The notes: generated by a model not told the origin, from the letters alone. A stretch of 64,000 bases of DNA from Eledone cirrhosa (GCA_964016885.1 OZ024744.1:11842001-11906000); one strand, 5' to 3'; numbered from the stretch's first letter, positions 1 to 14,150 are shown. Numbers and translations are program-made.

Positions 1-3000
1 TGTACTCCAATATGTTGCGTTGTTGTACTCCAATATGTTGTGTTGTTATACTCCAATATGTCGTGTGGCTGTACTCCAATATGTCATGTTGTTGTACTCC
101 AATATGTCTTGTTATAGTCCAATATGTCGTGTTGTTGTACTCCAATATATCATGTAGTTGTATTCCAATATTTCGTGTTGTTGTACCCCAATATGTAGTG
201 TTGTTTATACTCCAATATGTTTTGCTGTTGTACTCCAATATGTTGTGTTGCTGTACTCCTATATGTTGTGTTGTTATTCTCCAATATGTTGTGCTGTTGT
301 ACTCCAATGTGTTGTGTTGTTATACTCCAATGTGTTGTGTTGTTATACTCCAATATGTTGTGTTGTTGTAGTCCAATATGTTGTGTTGTCGTACTCCAAT
401 ATGTTGTGTTGTTATACTCCAATATTTCGTGTGGTTGTACTCCAATATGTCATGGTGTTGTACTTCAATATGTCGTGTTGTTGTACTCCAATATGTTGTC
501 TTGTTGTACTCCAATCTGTTGTATTGCTGTACTTCAATATGTTCTGTTGTTGTACTCCAATATATTGTGTTGTTGTACTCCAATATGTTGTGTTGTTGTA
601 CTCCAATATGTTGTGTTGTTGTACTCCAATATGTTGTGTTGTTGTACTCCAATATGTTGTGTTGTTGTACTCCAATATCTTGTGTTCTTATACTCCAATA
701 TGTTGTGTTGTTATACTCCAATATGTTGTGTTGTTGTACTCCAATATGTTGTGCTGTTGTACTCCAATATGATGTGCTGTTGTACTCCAATATGTTGTGT
801 TGTTGTACTCCAATGTGTTGTGTTGTTGTACTCCAATATGTTGTGCCGTTGTACTCCAATATTTTTTTTGTTTTTGTACTCCAAAATGTTGTGTTGTTAT
901 ACTCCAATATGTTGTGTTGGTGTACTCCAATATGGTGTGCTGTTGTTCTCCAAATCTCGTGTTGTTATACTCCAATGTGTTGTGTTGTTATACTCCAATA
1001 TGGTGTGTTGTTGAACTCCAATATGTTGTATTGTTTTTCTCCAATATGTCATGTTATACTCCAATATGTTGTGTTCGTGTACTCCAATATGTTGTGTTAT
1101 TGTACTCCAATATGTTGCGTTGTTGTACTCCAATATGTTGTGTTGTTATACTCCAATATGTTGTGTTGTTGTACTCCAATATGTCATGTTGTTGTACTCC
1201 AGTATGTCTTGTTATACTCCAATATGTCGTGTTGCTGTACACCAATATGTCATGCTGTTGTACTCCAATATTTCGTGTCGTTGTACTCCAATATGTTGTG
1301 CTTTTGTACTCCAATATGTTTTGCTGTTGTACTCCACTGTGTTGTGTTGTTGAACTCCAATATGTTGTGTTGTTGTTCTCCAATATTTTGTGCTGTTGTA
1401 CTCCAATGTGTTGTGTTGTTATACTCCAATATGTTGTGTTGTGATACTCCAATGTGTTGTGTTGTTGTACTCCAATATGTTGTGTTGTTGTACTCCAATA
1501 TGTTGTGTTGTTATACACCAATGTGGTGTGCTGTTGTAATCCAATATGTTATGTTGTACTCCAATATGTTGTGTTGTTATACTCCAATATCTAGTGTTGT
1601 TATACTCCAATATGTTTATTGTTGTTCTCCAATATGTCATGCTATACTCCAATAAGTTGTGTTCTTGTACTCCAATATGTTTTGTTGTTGTACTCCAATA
1701 TGTTGTGTTGTTGTACTCCAATATATCATGTTGTCGTACTCCAATATGTCATGTTATACTCCAATATGTCGTTGTTATACTCCAATATGTCATGTTGCTG
1801 TACTCCAACATGTCGTGTTGTAGTACTCCAATATGTTTTGATGTTGTACTCCAATATGTTGTGTTGTTGTACTCCAATATGTTGTGTTGTTGTACTCCAA
1901 TATGTTGTGTTGTTATACTCCAATATGTTGTGCTGTTGTACTCCAATATGTCATGTTGTTGTACTCCGATATTTCGTGTTGTTCTACTCCAATATTTCGT
2001 GTTGTTGTACTCCAATATGTCGTGGTGTTGTACTCCAATATGTTTTGATGTTGTACTCCAATATGTCGTGTTGTTGTACTCCAATATGTTGTGTTGTTGT
2101 ACTCCAATATGCTGTGTTGTTATACTCCTATATGTTGTGCTGTTGTACTTCAATATGTTGTGTTCTACTCCAATATGTTGTGTTGTTATACTCCAATATG
2201 TTGTGTTGTTGTACTCCAATATGTTGTGTTGTTGTACTCCAATATGTGATGTTGTTGTACTCCAATATGTCGTATTGTTGTACTCCAATATATTGTGTTG
2301 TTATACTCCAATATTTCGTGTTGTTTTAGTCCAATATGTCATGTTGTTTTACTCCAATATTTCGTGTTGTTGTACTCCAATATGTCATGGTGTTGTACTC
2401 CAATATGTTGTGTTGTTGTTCTCCAATATGTCGTGTTGTTATACTCCAATATGTTATGATGTTGTACTCCAATATATTGTGTTGTTGTACTCCAATATGT
2501 TGTGTTGCTGTACTCCAATATGTTGTGTCGTTGTACTCCAATATGTTGTGTTGTTGTACTCCAATATGTTGTGTTGTTGTACTCCAATATGTTGTTGTAC
2601 TCCAATATGTCATGTTGTCGTACTCCAATATTTCGTGTTGTTGTACTCCAATATGTCATGGTGTTGTACTCCAATATGTTGTGTTGTTGTACTCCAATAT
2701 GTTGTGTTGTTGTACTCCAATATGTTGTGTTGTTGTACTCCAATATGTTGTGTTGTTGTACTCCAATTTGCCATGTTGTTATACTCCAATATGTCATGGT
2801 GTTGTACTCCAATATGTCATGTTGTTGTACTCCAATATTTCGTGTTGTTGTACTCCAATATGTCATAGGGGTTGTACTCCAATATGGTGTGTTGTTGTAC
2901 TCCAATATGCTGTGTTGTTGTACTCCAATAGGTTGTGTTGTTGTACTCCAATATGCTGTGTCGGCTGTGCTCCAATACGTTGTGTTGTTGTACTCCAATA

Positions 3001-6000
3001 TGTTGTGCTGCTGTACTCCAATATGTTGTGTTGTTGTACTCCAATATGTTGTGTTGTTGTACTCCAATATGTTGTGTTGTTGTACTCCAATCTATATCGC
3101 TGTTGTACTCCAATATGTTGTGTTGTTGTACTCCAATATGTTGTGCTGTTGTACTCCAATATGTTGTGCTGTTGTACTCCAATATTTTGTGCTGTTATAC
3201 TCCAATATATTGTGTTGTTATACTCCAATATGTTGTGTTGTTGTACTCCAAAATATTGTGTTGTTATACTCCAATATGTTGTGTTGTTATACTCCAATAT
3301 GTTGTGCTGTTATACTCCAATATGTTGTGTTGTTGTACTCCAATATGTTGTGCTGTTATACTCCAATATTTTGTGTTGTTATACTCCAATATGTGGTATT
3401 GTTGTACTCCAATATGTTGTGCTGTTGTACTCCAATATGTTGTGTTGTTATACTCCAACATGTTGTGTTGTTATACTCCAATATGTTGTGTTGTTATACT
3501 CGAATATGTTGTGTTGTTATACTCGAATATCTTGTGTTGTTATACTCGAATATGTTGTGCTGTTGTACTCCAATATGTCGTGTTGTTGTACTCCAATATA
3601 TCATGTAGTTGTACTCCAATATTTCGTGTTGTTGTACCCCAATATGTAGTGTTGTTTATACTCCAATATGTTTTGCTGTTGTACTCCTATATGTTGTGTT
3701 GCTGTACTCCTATATGTTGTGTTGTTATTCTCCAATATGTTGTGTTGTTGTACTCCAATCTGTTGTGTTGTTATACTCCAATGTGTTGTGTTGTTATACT
3801 CCAATATGTTGTGTTGTTGTAGTCCAATATGTTGTGTTGTCGTACTCCAATATGCTGTGTTGTTGTACTCCAATATGTTGTGTGGTTGTACTCCAATATG
3901 TCATGGTGTTGTACTTCAATATGTCGTGTTGTTGTACTCCAATATGTTGTCTTGCTGTACTCCAATCTGTTGTATTGTTGTACTTCAATATGTTCTGTTG
4001 TTGTACTCCAATATATTGTGTTGTTGTACTCCAATATGTTGTGTTGTTGTACTCCAATATGCTGTGTTGTTGTACTCCAATATGTTGTGTTGTTGTACTC
4101 CAATATGTTGTGTTGTTGTACTCCAATATCTTGTGTTCTTATACTCCAATATGTTGTGTTGTTATACTCCAATATGTTGTGTTGTTGTACTCCAATATGT
4201 TGTGCTGTTTTACTCCAATATGTTGTGTTGTTGTACTCCAATATGTTGTGTTGTTGCACTCCAATGTGTTGTGTTGTTGTACTCCAACATGTTGTGCCGT
4301 TGTACTCCAATATTTTTTTGTTTTTATACTCCAAAATGTTGTGTTGTTATACTCCAATATGTTGTGTTGGTGTACTCCAATATGGTGTGCTGTTGTACTC
4401 CAAATCTCGTGTTGTTATACTCCAATGTGTTGTGTTGTTATACTCCAATATGGTGTGTTGTTGAACTCCAATATGTTGCATTGTTTTTCTCCAATATGTC
4501 ATGTTATACTCCAATATGTTGTGTTCGTGTACTCCAATATGTTGTGTTATTGTACTCCAATATGTTGCGTTGTTGTACTCCAATATGTTGTGTTGTTATA
4601 CTCCAATATGTTGTGTTGTTGTACTCCAATATGTCATGTTGTTGTACTCCAGTATGTCTTGTTATACTCCAATATGTCGTGTTGCTGTACTCCAATATGT
4701 CATGCTGTTGTACTCCAATATTTCGTGTCGTTGTACTCCAATATGTCGTGCTTTTGTACTCCAATATGTTTTGCTGTTGTACTCCACTGTGTTGTGTTGT
4801 TGAACTCCAATATGTTGTGTTGTTGTTCTCCAATATTTTGTGCTGTTGTACTCCAATGTGTTGTGTTGTTATACTCCAATATGTTGTGTTGTGATACTCC
4901 AATGTGTTGTGTTGTTGTACTCCAATATGTTGTGTTGTTGTACTCCAATATGTTGTGTTGTTATACTCCAATGTGGTGTGCTGTTGTAATCCAATATGTT
5001 ATGTTGTACTGCAATATGTTGTGTTGTTATACTCCAATATGTAGTGTTGTTATACTCCAATATGTTGTGTTGTTGTACTCCAATCTGTTGTGTTATACTC
5101 CAATATGTTGTGTTGTTATACTCCAATATGTTGTGTCGTTATACTCCAATATGTTGTGTTGTTTTACTCCAATATGTTGTGTTGTTGTACTCCAATATGT
5201 TGTATTGTTGTTCTCCAATATGTCATGCTATACTCCAATAAGTTGTGTTCTTGTACTCCAATATGTTTTGTTGTTGTACTCCAATATGTTGTGTTGTTGT
5301 ACTCCAATATATCATGTTGTCGTACTCCAATATGTCATGTTATACTCCAATATGTCGTTGTTATACTCCAATATGTCATGTTGCTGTACTCCAACATGTC
5401 GTGTTGTAGTACTCCAATATGTTTTGATGTTGTACTCCAATATGTTGTGTTGTTGTACTCCAATATGTTGTATTGTTGTACTCCAATATGTTGTGTTGTT
5501 ATACTCCAATATGTTGTGCTGTTGTACTCCAATATGTCATGTTGTTGTACTCCGATATTTCGTGTTGTTCTACTCCAATATTTCGTGTTGTTGTACTCCA
5601 ATATGTCGTGGTGTTGTACTCCAATATGTTTTGATGTTGTACTCCAATATGTCGTGTTGTTGTACTCCAATATGTTGTGTTGTTGTACTCCAATATGCTG
5701 TGTTGTTATACTCCTATATGTTGTGCTGTTGTACTTCAATATGTTGTGTTCTACTCCAATATGTTGTGTTGTTATACTCCAATATGTTGTGTTGTTGTAG
5801 TCCAATATGTTGTGTTGTTGTACTCCAATATGTGATGTTGTTGTACTCCAATATGTCGTATTGTTGTACTCCAATATATTGTGTTGTTATACTCCAATAT
5901 TTCGTGTTGTTTTAGTCCAATATGTCATGTTGTTTTACTCCAATATTTCGTGTTGTTGTACTCCAATATGTCATGGTGTTATACTTCAATATGTCGTATT

Positions 6001-7370
6001 GTTGTACTCCAATATGTTGTGTTGTTGTTCTCCAATATGTCGTGTTGTTATACTCCAATATGTTATGATGTTGTACTCCAATATATTGTGTTGTTGTACT
6101 CCAATATGTTGTGTTGCTGTACTCCAATATGTTGTGTCGTTGTACTCCAATATGTTGTGTTGTTGTACTCCAATATGTTGTGTTGTTGTACTCCAATATG
6201 TTGTGTTGTTGTACTCCAATATGTTGTTGTACTCCAATATGTCATGTTGTCGTACTCCAATATTTCGTGTTGTTGTACTCCAATATGTCATGGTGTTGTA
6301 CTCCAATATGTTGTGTTGTTGTACTCCAATATGTTGTGTTGTTGTACTCCAATATGTTGTGCTGCTGTACTCCAATATGTTGTGTTGTTGTACTCCAATA
6401 TGTTGTGTTGTTGTACTCCAATATGTTGTGTTGTTGTACTCCAATATGCCATGTTGTTATACTCCAATATGTCGTGGTGTTGTACTCCAATATGTCATGT
6501 TGTTGTACTCCAATATTTCGTGTTGTTGTACTCCAATATGTCATGGGGTTGTACTCCAATATGGTGTGTTGTTGTACTCCAATATGCTGTGTTGCTGTAC
6601 TCCAATAGGTTGTGTTGTTGTACTCCAATATGCTGTGTTGGCTGTGCTCCAATACGTTGTGTTGTTGTACTCCAACATGTTGTGCTGCTGTACTCCAATA
6701 TGTTGTGTTGTTGTACTCCAATATGTTGTGTTGTTGTACTCCAATATGTTGTGCTGTTATACTCCAATATTTTGTGTTGTTATACTCCAATATGTTGTAT
6801 TGTTGTACTCCAATATGTTGTGCTGTTGTACTCCAATATGTTGTGTTGTTATACTCCAACATGTTGTGTTGTTATACTCCAATATGTTGTGTTGTTATAC
6901 TCGAATATGTTGTGTTGTTATACTCGAATATCTTGTGTTGTTATACTCGAATATGTTGTGCTGTTGTACTCCAATATGTTGTGTTGTTGTACTCCAATAT
7001 GTTGTTGTACTCCAATATGTCGTGTTGTTGTACTCCAATATGTTGTGCTGTTGTACTCCAATATGTTGTTGTACTCCAATATGTCATGCTGTTGTACTCG
7101 AATATGTTCTGTTGTTGCATTCCAATATGTCATGTTGTACTCGAATATGTTGTGTTGTTGTACTCCAATATGTTGTGTTATACTCCAATATGTCATGTTG
7201 TTGTACTCTAATATGTCATGTTTTATTCCAATATGTCGTGTTGTTTTATTCAAATATGTTGTGTTGTTATATTTCAATATATCATGTTGTACTCCAATAT
7301 ATCATGTTGTACTCCAATATGTTGTGTTGTTATATTCCAATACATTGTGTTGTTATATTCCAATATGTGT
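1..7370. repeat. Tandem satellite, 23-bp consensus TACTCCAATATGTTGTGTTGTTG, with higher-order ~3.4-3.6 kb duplication
   Basis: Continuous monomer repeats with shorter variants; array degenerates near 7200-7370; variant-specific ORF translations recur at offsets of 3450-3586 bp. Confidence 0.97.
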
Positions 7371-7744
7371 CTTACACCAACAGATTTATAGACATGTATT
7401 GCATGCTATGCTGGTTATTGTTGTCAACTTTCATTAGTCAATTTTCTGGCTGTCCTTATCACTTTGTTACTGACTAATCAGGCCAACATTGAAAGACTAT
7501 AGAACCATAAATCCGCATATTAAGTTTTCCTTCACAAATTGTGTATTTTTATGTAGCTTGTTTAAATTCTACATTCTTTTCAAAAACATCTGCACAATCT
7601 TTTACCCCTTTTCTTTATTGGGGGTGACAAAAGGCCTTTCTTTTCCAATTATCCTCACATCTTTCCAATACATTCAAAGATAACTTTACACAATCCTTAA
7701 ACCTCAGCCTTGGTTTGTGCTGGGGTTATTTTCTGCATCTGTTT

Positions 7745-9625
7745 TAGGTCCCTCACAGGAGGACAGAAATACGAACCCAACCCATAATTTCTTTGTGGAC
7801 GATCTGAAACTCTATGCCAAGAACATGGATGGGATGAAGAAAGATCTTGACCTGGTTACAACATTCTCAAATGATATAGGACAGTGGTTTGGCCAAGATA
7901 AATGTTCATATATGACTGTAAAGCGGGGGAAATACTACAACCCAGTCTAACAACATTGTCATCAATGTCCTAACTGTTTCACCGATATCTGATGAGGACT
8001 GCTACAGATACCTGGGGATAGATGAGAACATATCCTATAATGGTATCTGTAATAAGGAACGCGTAACCAGGGAATACTACACCCGATTAAGAAAGATCTG
8101 GTCATCGGAACTCTCTACGCAAAACAAAACAGTGACTCACAATGTGTTTGCTGTGCCTGTTCTAATACCAACGTTCGGAATACTCAATTGGAAGATAGAC
8201 GAAATCCGAGCAATTGACATGAGGACTCGAAAAATACTAAACAACACCGGAAACTTCACATCAACAGTGACATAGACCGCCTTTACTTGAAATGTAGCAG
8301 GGAGGCAGAGGCCTAACATCAGTCCAGACAACATTTGAATGTCGCATCATGGATGCACATGGCTTAGTGGTTAGAGCATTGGCCTTGCAATCGAAAGGTT
8401 GTGAGTTCAATTCTCAGACCGGGTGATGTGTTGTTTCCTTGAGCAAGACACTTTATTTCACATTGCTCCAGTTTACTCAGTTGTAGAAATGAGATGATAG
8501 GGACTGGGGTCCCTATCATTCCACTGCAAAGTGGTCGTGGAGGTGCCACGGCAAAAAAGCACCCAGCACTCACTGTAAATGAGGAAGGGTATCCAGCTGT
8601 AGAAATCAAGCCAGAATCAGTTCCCGTCCCACCCTTGCAAGCAGGGAAAAGTGGATGTAAAATGAAATGAATGAAATGATGATCATATCCCTTCGACAAC
8701 ATCTACGATCCTGGAAGCGAAGGAGCCCTTCTCTCGAGCAATTCTCTCTTCATGAGACAGATAAGATCATGGGAGTTGGGAAGGAACTCCTTGAAAGATA
8801 CTCCCTGCATGATAATCAAAAACTCACCCCTAGGGAAATTGCCCAGCAGTACTGCAGCAAACCCATGGGTGAAAAACTGCATGCTTATCAGCAAAATATC
8901 ATGCATGGATATGTTGCCAGGAAGCTCCAGAGTGAGAGTAATATAGATAAGGAAAGTAGTCTATCTTGGACCAACAACCGCTATATTGGCTCCCACTTTG
9001 AAGGATACGCTTTTGCAATCCAAGAACAGGAGATTAACACGAAATACCTGATTCACAAAAGAGATAGGGATGCAGGCAAAACACCTAGATGTGATAACAA
9101 GTGCAGACTCTGCAGAACTAACATCGAGGATATCACCCATGTCATCAGCAGCTGTCCAAAGATGTCATCACGGTACTATCTACCTATGAGGCATGATATA
9201 GTGGCAAAAACACTGTACAATGCCATTCGTAAAAAAGATAGCCCGATAATAAACACATTAAAAGCTACAGCAATGTGGAGGACATCCTTAGACATATTAT
9301 GAAAGAGTACTGGTTGAATGTTCCAGTAAAAACCCCAATAAAATGAAGGCATAACAGACCAGATATTGTGATATGGGACAGGGAGAAGAAAACATGCACA
9401 GTAGTGGAAGTTAGCTGCCCAGCAGATTCCAATATAATATTAAAGATTAGCGAAAAGGAGAATATTTATGCAGAACTAATGAGAAATCTGCAGATACTCC
9501 ACCCTGATTACACCTTCAGATTTATGCCTGTGATTATTGGGTCACTGGGATATGTTAGTAACTGCCTCAATACAAATCTTGAGAAGCGAGGCTTCACAGG
9601 AACAGAAACAGTAAAAAATGTAAAA
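7745..9625 (+). mobile_element. Degenerate R4/Dong-like non-LTR retrotransposon (RT C-terminus, CCHC zinc knuckle, restriction-like endonuclease), interrupted by a SINE
   Basis: FFVDDLKLYA RT motif, YRYLG, CRLC..EDITHVISSC..Y..RHD, RPDIVIWD..VVEVSCP..KENIY, PVIIGSLG; stops and frameshifts present. Confidence 0.85.
8351..8681 (+). mobile_element. tRNA-derived SINE with CORE-like block and LINE-derived 3' end; ATCAT target-site duplication
   Basis: A-box TGGCTTAGTGG, B-box GAGTTCAATTC, block TTCCTTGAGCAAGACACTT, (ATGAA)n tail; ATCAT at 8346-8350 and 8682-8686; removing it restores the host frame ECRIISLRQHL. Confidence 0.9.
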
Positions 9626-10429
9626 CATTTCAAAAATTCTGCATCTAATAACTGCATATACACGTGTACAGACACAAAGCATATACACATGCACACATAC
9701 AACTCAAAATATACACATCCACACATACAATAACATCCATATCTACACATGCATGCATATCTACCTAGTTGATGGAGTTCCTCAAATTTTTTAGCCTCTG
9801 AATAAAACCGAACTTTTGGGGGTCAAATTGTTTATATACTTTGTATAAAACTTTGTTAAGATTGTAGCTCCATTGTATACAATGGTTGTAGTTGCAATTT
9901 GGTCGAAGGAGACTTACGTGTTTAGCCATGATGAGTTCGTCTATTCACTAATATTTGCATCTATTTTGAAAAATAGATGATGACATTTAAAAGTTGACAA
10001 AGGTTTGTCAGAGTTAAATTTAAAGTTATTCATAGCTTGGGTAATATGTCATTTCAGGTAGTTTTTAATTCTACAACTGTATTTTAAATGTCCATATCAG
10101 TGTAATGTAACAACGCAGTATTTATATGTTAAAATCTATGTAACGTTTATATGAATAGATGTGTTGCAATATATTTACAGTTCAAACACTTATGTAGAAA
10201 TATTGTATGTAATCTTACCGCAATATGTAGCTCAACTTTTCCAATATATGGCGTGTTGTCTTCATATAAGCCGTAATTACATATGTCCTATCATCAAACT
10301 GACCACAGCAGTCGCCATTAGCGTTTATGTATGTGTGTTCTTTTGGTTTTATAATTTCATAAATTCTTACCATTAAAGAGAGAGTTGGTTTCTAACATAG
10401 ATATAAGACTCTATCATTGGAAAAAAGTT

Positions 10430-11275
10430 GTGCATGGGTACCTGAGACGAAAAACACAGACCATAGAGGGGATAAACCACTCAAAAAGCCTGGTATAGAG
10501 TTCTGACAAGTTTATGACATCCCACCTTGAAGGATATCTCTATCCAGTACAGGAACAAGAAATCCCTACCAAATATCTGCTACACAAAAGAGGAAGGACA
10601 TCAGTCAACAATAAATGTAGGCTTTGTAAAACAAAGATCGAAGATGTAAGCCACATTGTTGCCAACTGTGAAAGAATGTCATCTCGTTACTACCTCCCCA
10701 TGAGACACGATGGGATAGCTAGAACCATCTGAAGCGCACTTAGGAAAACAAGATTAAAAACAAATGATAAGGAATATGTTGAGACAGATGGCACTAAGGA
10801 ATACTGGTGGAACCTGAAAATAAAAACTGCCACCAAATTAAAGCACAACTGGCCTGATATTGTTGTTTGGGACCACACATTGAAAAGATGCTCTGTTGTA
10901 GAGATCAGCTGCCCACTTGATGTCAAAGTTGTCAGAAAAATACAGGAGAAGGAGGGCATCTACGGACCATTGATGAGGAGTTTGTAGACCCAGTATCCAA
11001 GATACACCTTTAGCTTCATACCCATCATTATTGGAGCTATGGGTTATATCCCAACCCGCTTGGACCAAAGTAGAACTGAACTTGGATTTGTGAACAAAGA
11101 ACGCAGCTCCCTAAATCATAGTCTACAAATGGCTGCGATAGCTGGCACCTTCAAAATTTGTAAAACATTCTTGTGATTCAAGGGATGACAATTTCTTTTC
11201 TTTCACAACCTTGCCACCAGGATGGTGGCCGGTCAAAATGGTACTTAAAATTAAGAGAAAGAGAAACACATACAA
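10430..11275 (+). mobile_element. 3' fragment of a second R4/Dong-like RLE retrotransposon
   Basis: CRLCKTKIEDVSHIVANC..RHD, KHNWPDIVVWD..VVEISCP, FIPIIIGAMG; ends against a (CA)/(CATA) microsatellite. Confidence 0.82.
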
Positions 11276-11445
11276 ACACACACTCACACATATGCACATA
11301 CATACATACCCACACATACATATATATAGATACATACATTTAATCACATGCATATATACATACAGGCACACATACATACATACATTCATGCATACATACA
11401 TGCATGCACACACGCACACACACACACACACAATGATATACCATT

Positions 11446-11729
11446 ATTAATAATTATTAACTAATTCTATGGTCAATGCCTGTGAGTGAAGATATTATTT
11501 AAAGTGAGGAAAGACTGTGCACTGAGCCAATCCCACTCTCTGAGTGACAGTAGCTATAACCCGAAAAGAAGAAAAGATCAACATCATCGGTAACTACTGA
11601 GCAGCAGGTTTTATGTCAGAGTTATCCCAGTTTCCTGAGTTGCCTTCTCCTAGAAGAATGCCCTGACAAACCAAGTGGTTTAATCGCGTGATCAGGTGTC
11701 TGGCTCGACTATTTCTATGTCCCCGCACA
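11446..11729 (-). mobile_element. Solitary copy of the 5' UTR of the RTE at 14155-18610
   Basis: Closely colinear with 18311-18610 apart from one short deletion; no ORF follows. Confidence 0.85.
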
Positions 11730-11994
11730 TATACATACACATGCACCCATGTATATACACATATACATACATATGTACATGTGTATATACATATTTACAC
11801 ACTTTCGGATGGCCGTTGACTCTTATGAGTTCTTCCGCCCTTTGTCAGGTTTTGTTTTTTGTCATGCAGGGTGTCCAAAATCACCCTCCTCACCAAGTAA
11901 ACTTGATGGGGTTACCGGTTTAGTCGCCGACGACCCGACCATGCGGCAGGTTGTACTGGGTTACATGTTACCAGTAACACTCAAGAGTGACCCA

Positions 11995-14150
11995 ACATAC
12001 ATACATACATACATATGTGATAGCTGCAAACTCTGCCAAGAGTATTGCAATCGCTTGTCAGACTCAGATGTGTGACACTCAGATATGGCTTTTCAAGCCT
12101 GCTAGAGACTTGCACTCCTCCACACACTGACGACAACTATGGATCTCCCTGGCTTGAGGTCCTGCATCAGGCTGCCTGTAAACCTTCACAATACTGAGGA
12201 GATCATAGTTCACTGGTTCTCTTTAAACATGGCTGCGACTGTGGCTCCTGAGACCAGATTTGCTCAAGCAAATTTTTCCACACTCAGAGCATTTAAATTC
12301 AATGGAGACACCGATCGTTTCAAGAGATACACCAGAGTATTGCTTATGCACATCCCGTTTGATCTTCTCGTGCTCTATGCATCTGTCCTCAAAATTATGG
12401 ACCCCGTCATTCAACATTCCACGCCAAGTTTCTCTTTCAAGAGCCTCTATCTCCCAGTCAGCCATTATCAAACCAGTTTTTTTCAATCGGAGCTTTGGCT
12501 TGTGAGGTGGTCTCTTACATTTACAAAGCTCGCCATACAAAAGTTGTTTTGGGATTTGATCAACCGCCATTCTGCAGAGGTGTCCGGTACAGAGTACAGA
12601 GTACCTTGATCAGAGAATTTTTATATGCAGATGATTGTGATCTCTTTGCACACTCCCAGAGTGACATGCAACACCTTATGGATTCTTTTTCCAATGTGTG
12701 CAGTGCTTTGGGACTGACAATCAGTCTGAAGAAGACTGTTGTCCTGTACCAGCCTGCTCTGGATAAAGTTTTCAATAAACCCTCCATATACGTATACGGT
12801 CAAAACTGAAGGCTGCTGACACATTTGTGTATTTGGGGATTACTCTGAGTGTGGCCTACTCTCTAGATGCAGAAGTTGGTCTATGTGTTAGTAAGGCAAG
12901 TGAGTCATTTGGAAGGCCCAACGACCGTCTTTGGTGCAGGCAAGGAATCACAATGAGGACCAAGATGAGAGCGTATGCTGCATGTGTACTGTCAGCTTTG
13001 CTGTATCCATGTGCAACATGGGTTGCCTACAAATGGCTCATGGCAGTGAGATGCCTGAAGTTGAACAGCTTGCCGGAAGTATGACGTCTGAGATAGATAC
13101 CATGTTGACAATCCCTGAAGGCCATGAAGAATACCATTACAAAATACAAGGCAAACAAAGTTGGTGAAGGTATATCACCTTCTGCTCGACACCATTTTCA
13201 ACCAAGATTGGCTCAGACAATTTACCTCCGATGTTTACCCATACCTGCATGTCATCGTGGAAGAGCTTGAGTATGTTCGCAAACTTTTCAGGACAACACA
13301 ATATCTCCAAAATAACCCACAAGCCTTCCGATTAACGGTGTCAAATGCCTTGGTCAGATCGTAAAAACTTGGTATAAGTCGATGCGCTTCTCAATGCATT
13401 TCTCTTGAAGTTATTTGGCCGAAAAGATCATGTCAACAGTGCCTCTGCCATTCCTAAAGCCACATTGGGACTCTGGAAGTACCTCAACAGCAATGTGCTG
13501 TATCAATCTGTCCAACAAAATCCTGCACAAGATCTTCCCAGCCACAGATAGCAGTGAAATACCTCTGCAGTTGCCACAGTCATCTTTGGCTCCCTTTCCT
13601 TTGTAAAGTACCACCATCAATGCATCTTTCCAGTCCTGCGGTACAGCTTCTTCATTCCAAACATTCACAAAGAGATCAGAGAGGTGGTTTAAGAAGTTAT
13701 CACCAGCCCACTTGAAGATCTTGGAACTCAGTCCATCCATTCCAGGTGACTTGCCGCTGTTTAATTTGGCAAGGGCCTTCGCCACCTCATCAAATGAAGA
13801 AGGATCAGCCATTGCCAGTTTTGTAGGTCTGGATGGAATCAGCTGGATGAAATGATCATCGATTTCTGATGGTTTATTGATCAGGATGTCCTTTGGATCT
13901 CTAAGCAATTCCTTGCCATCCTTGGAGCGAAGTGGTGATATTTGTGGACCGGTTGGACCATAAACCTCCCTGAGCAGACTGTATAAGAGCTTTGAATCAT
14001 GTCTATCTGAGGCTTTCTGGATTTCATCACACTTTTTTCTCCACCTGCATGACTCTCAATCGATGTTGCACACATGCCTTGATCTGCTTGGAGGACTGGT
14101 CACTCTTGTCAGAACGTGTCTCACACAACAATATTGTCAGCATATTTTGT
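11995..14150 (-). mobile_element. Degenerate RTE (BovB-like) LINE, family 2, with internally inverted RT segment
   Basis: Minus strand GKSPGMDG, RGISLLS, ESQCGFR, DLTKAFD and C2H2 finger CSECGKICLSKSGLRSH; LYADD segment on + strand at ~12590-13035; (CATA)n tail. Confidence 0.9.

Noticed and set aside
1-7370. CRISPR-like array
   Set aside because: No unique spacers, no cas genes, eukaryotic context.
1-7477. Long Cys/Val-rich ORFs (up to 768 aa) in several frames
   Set aside because: By-product of a 23-bp stop-poor satellite; all frames give the same peptide repeat.
7489-7683. INPHIKFS as a Penelope RT remnant
   Set aside because: A single short motif with no supporting context.
8351-8422. 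tRNA gene
   Set aside because: It is the head of a multi-copy SINE; cloverleaf stems do not pair properly.
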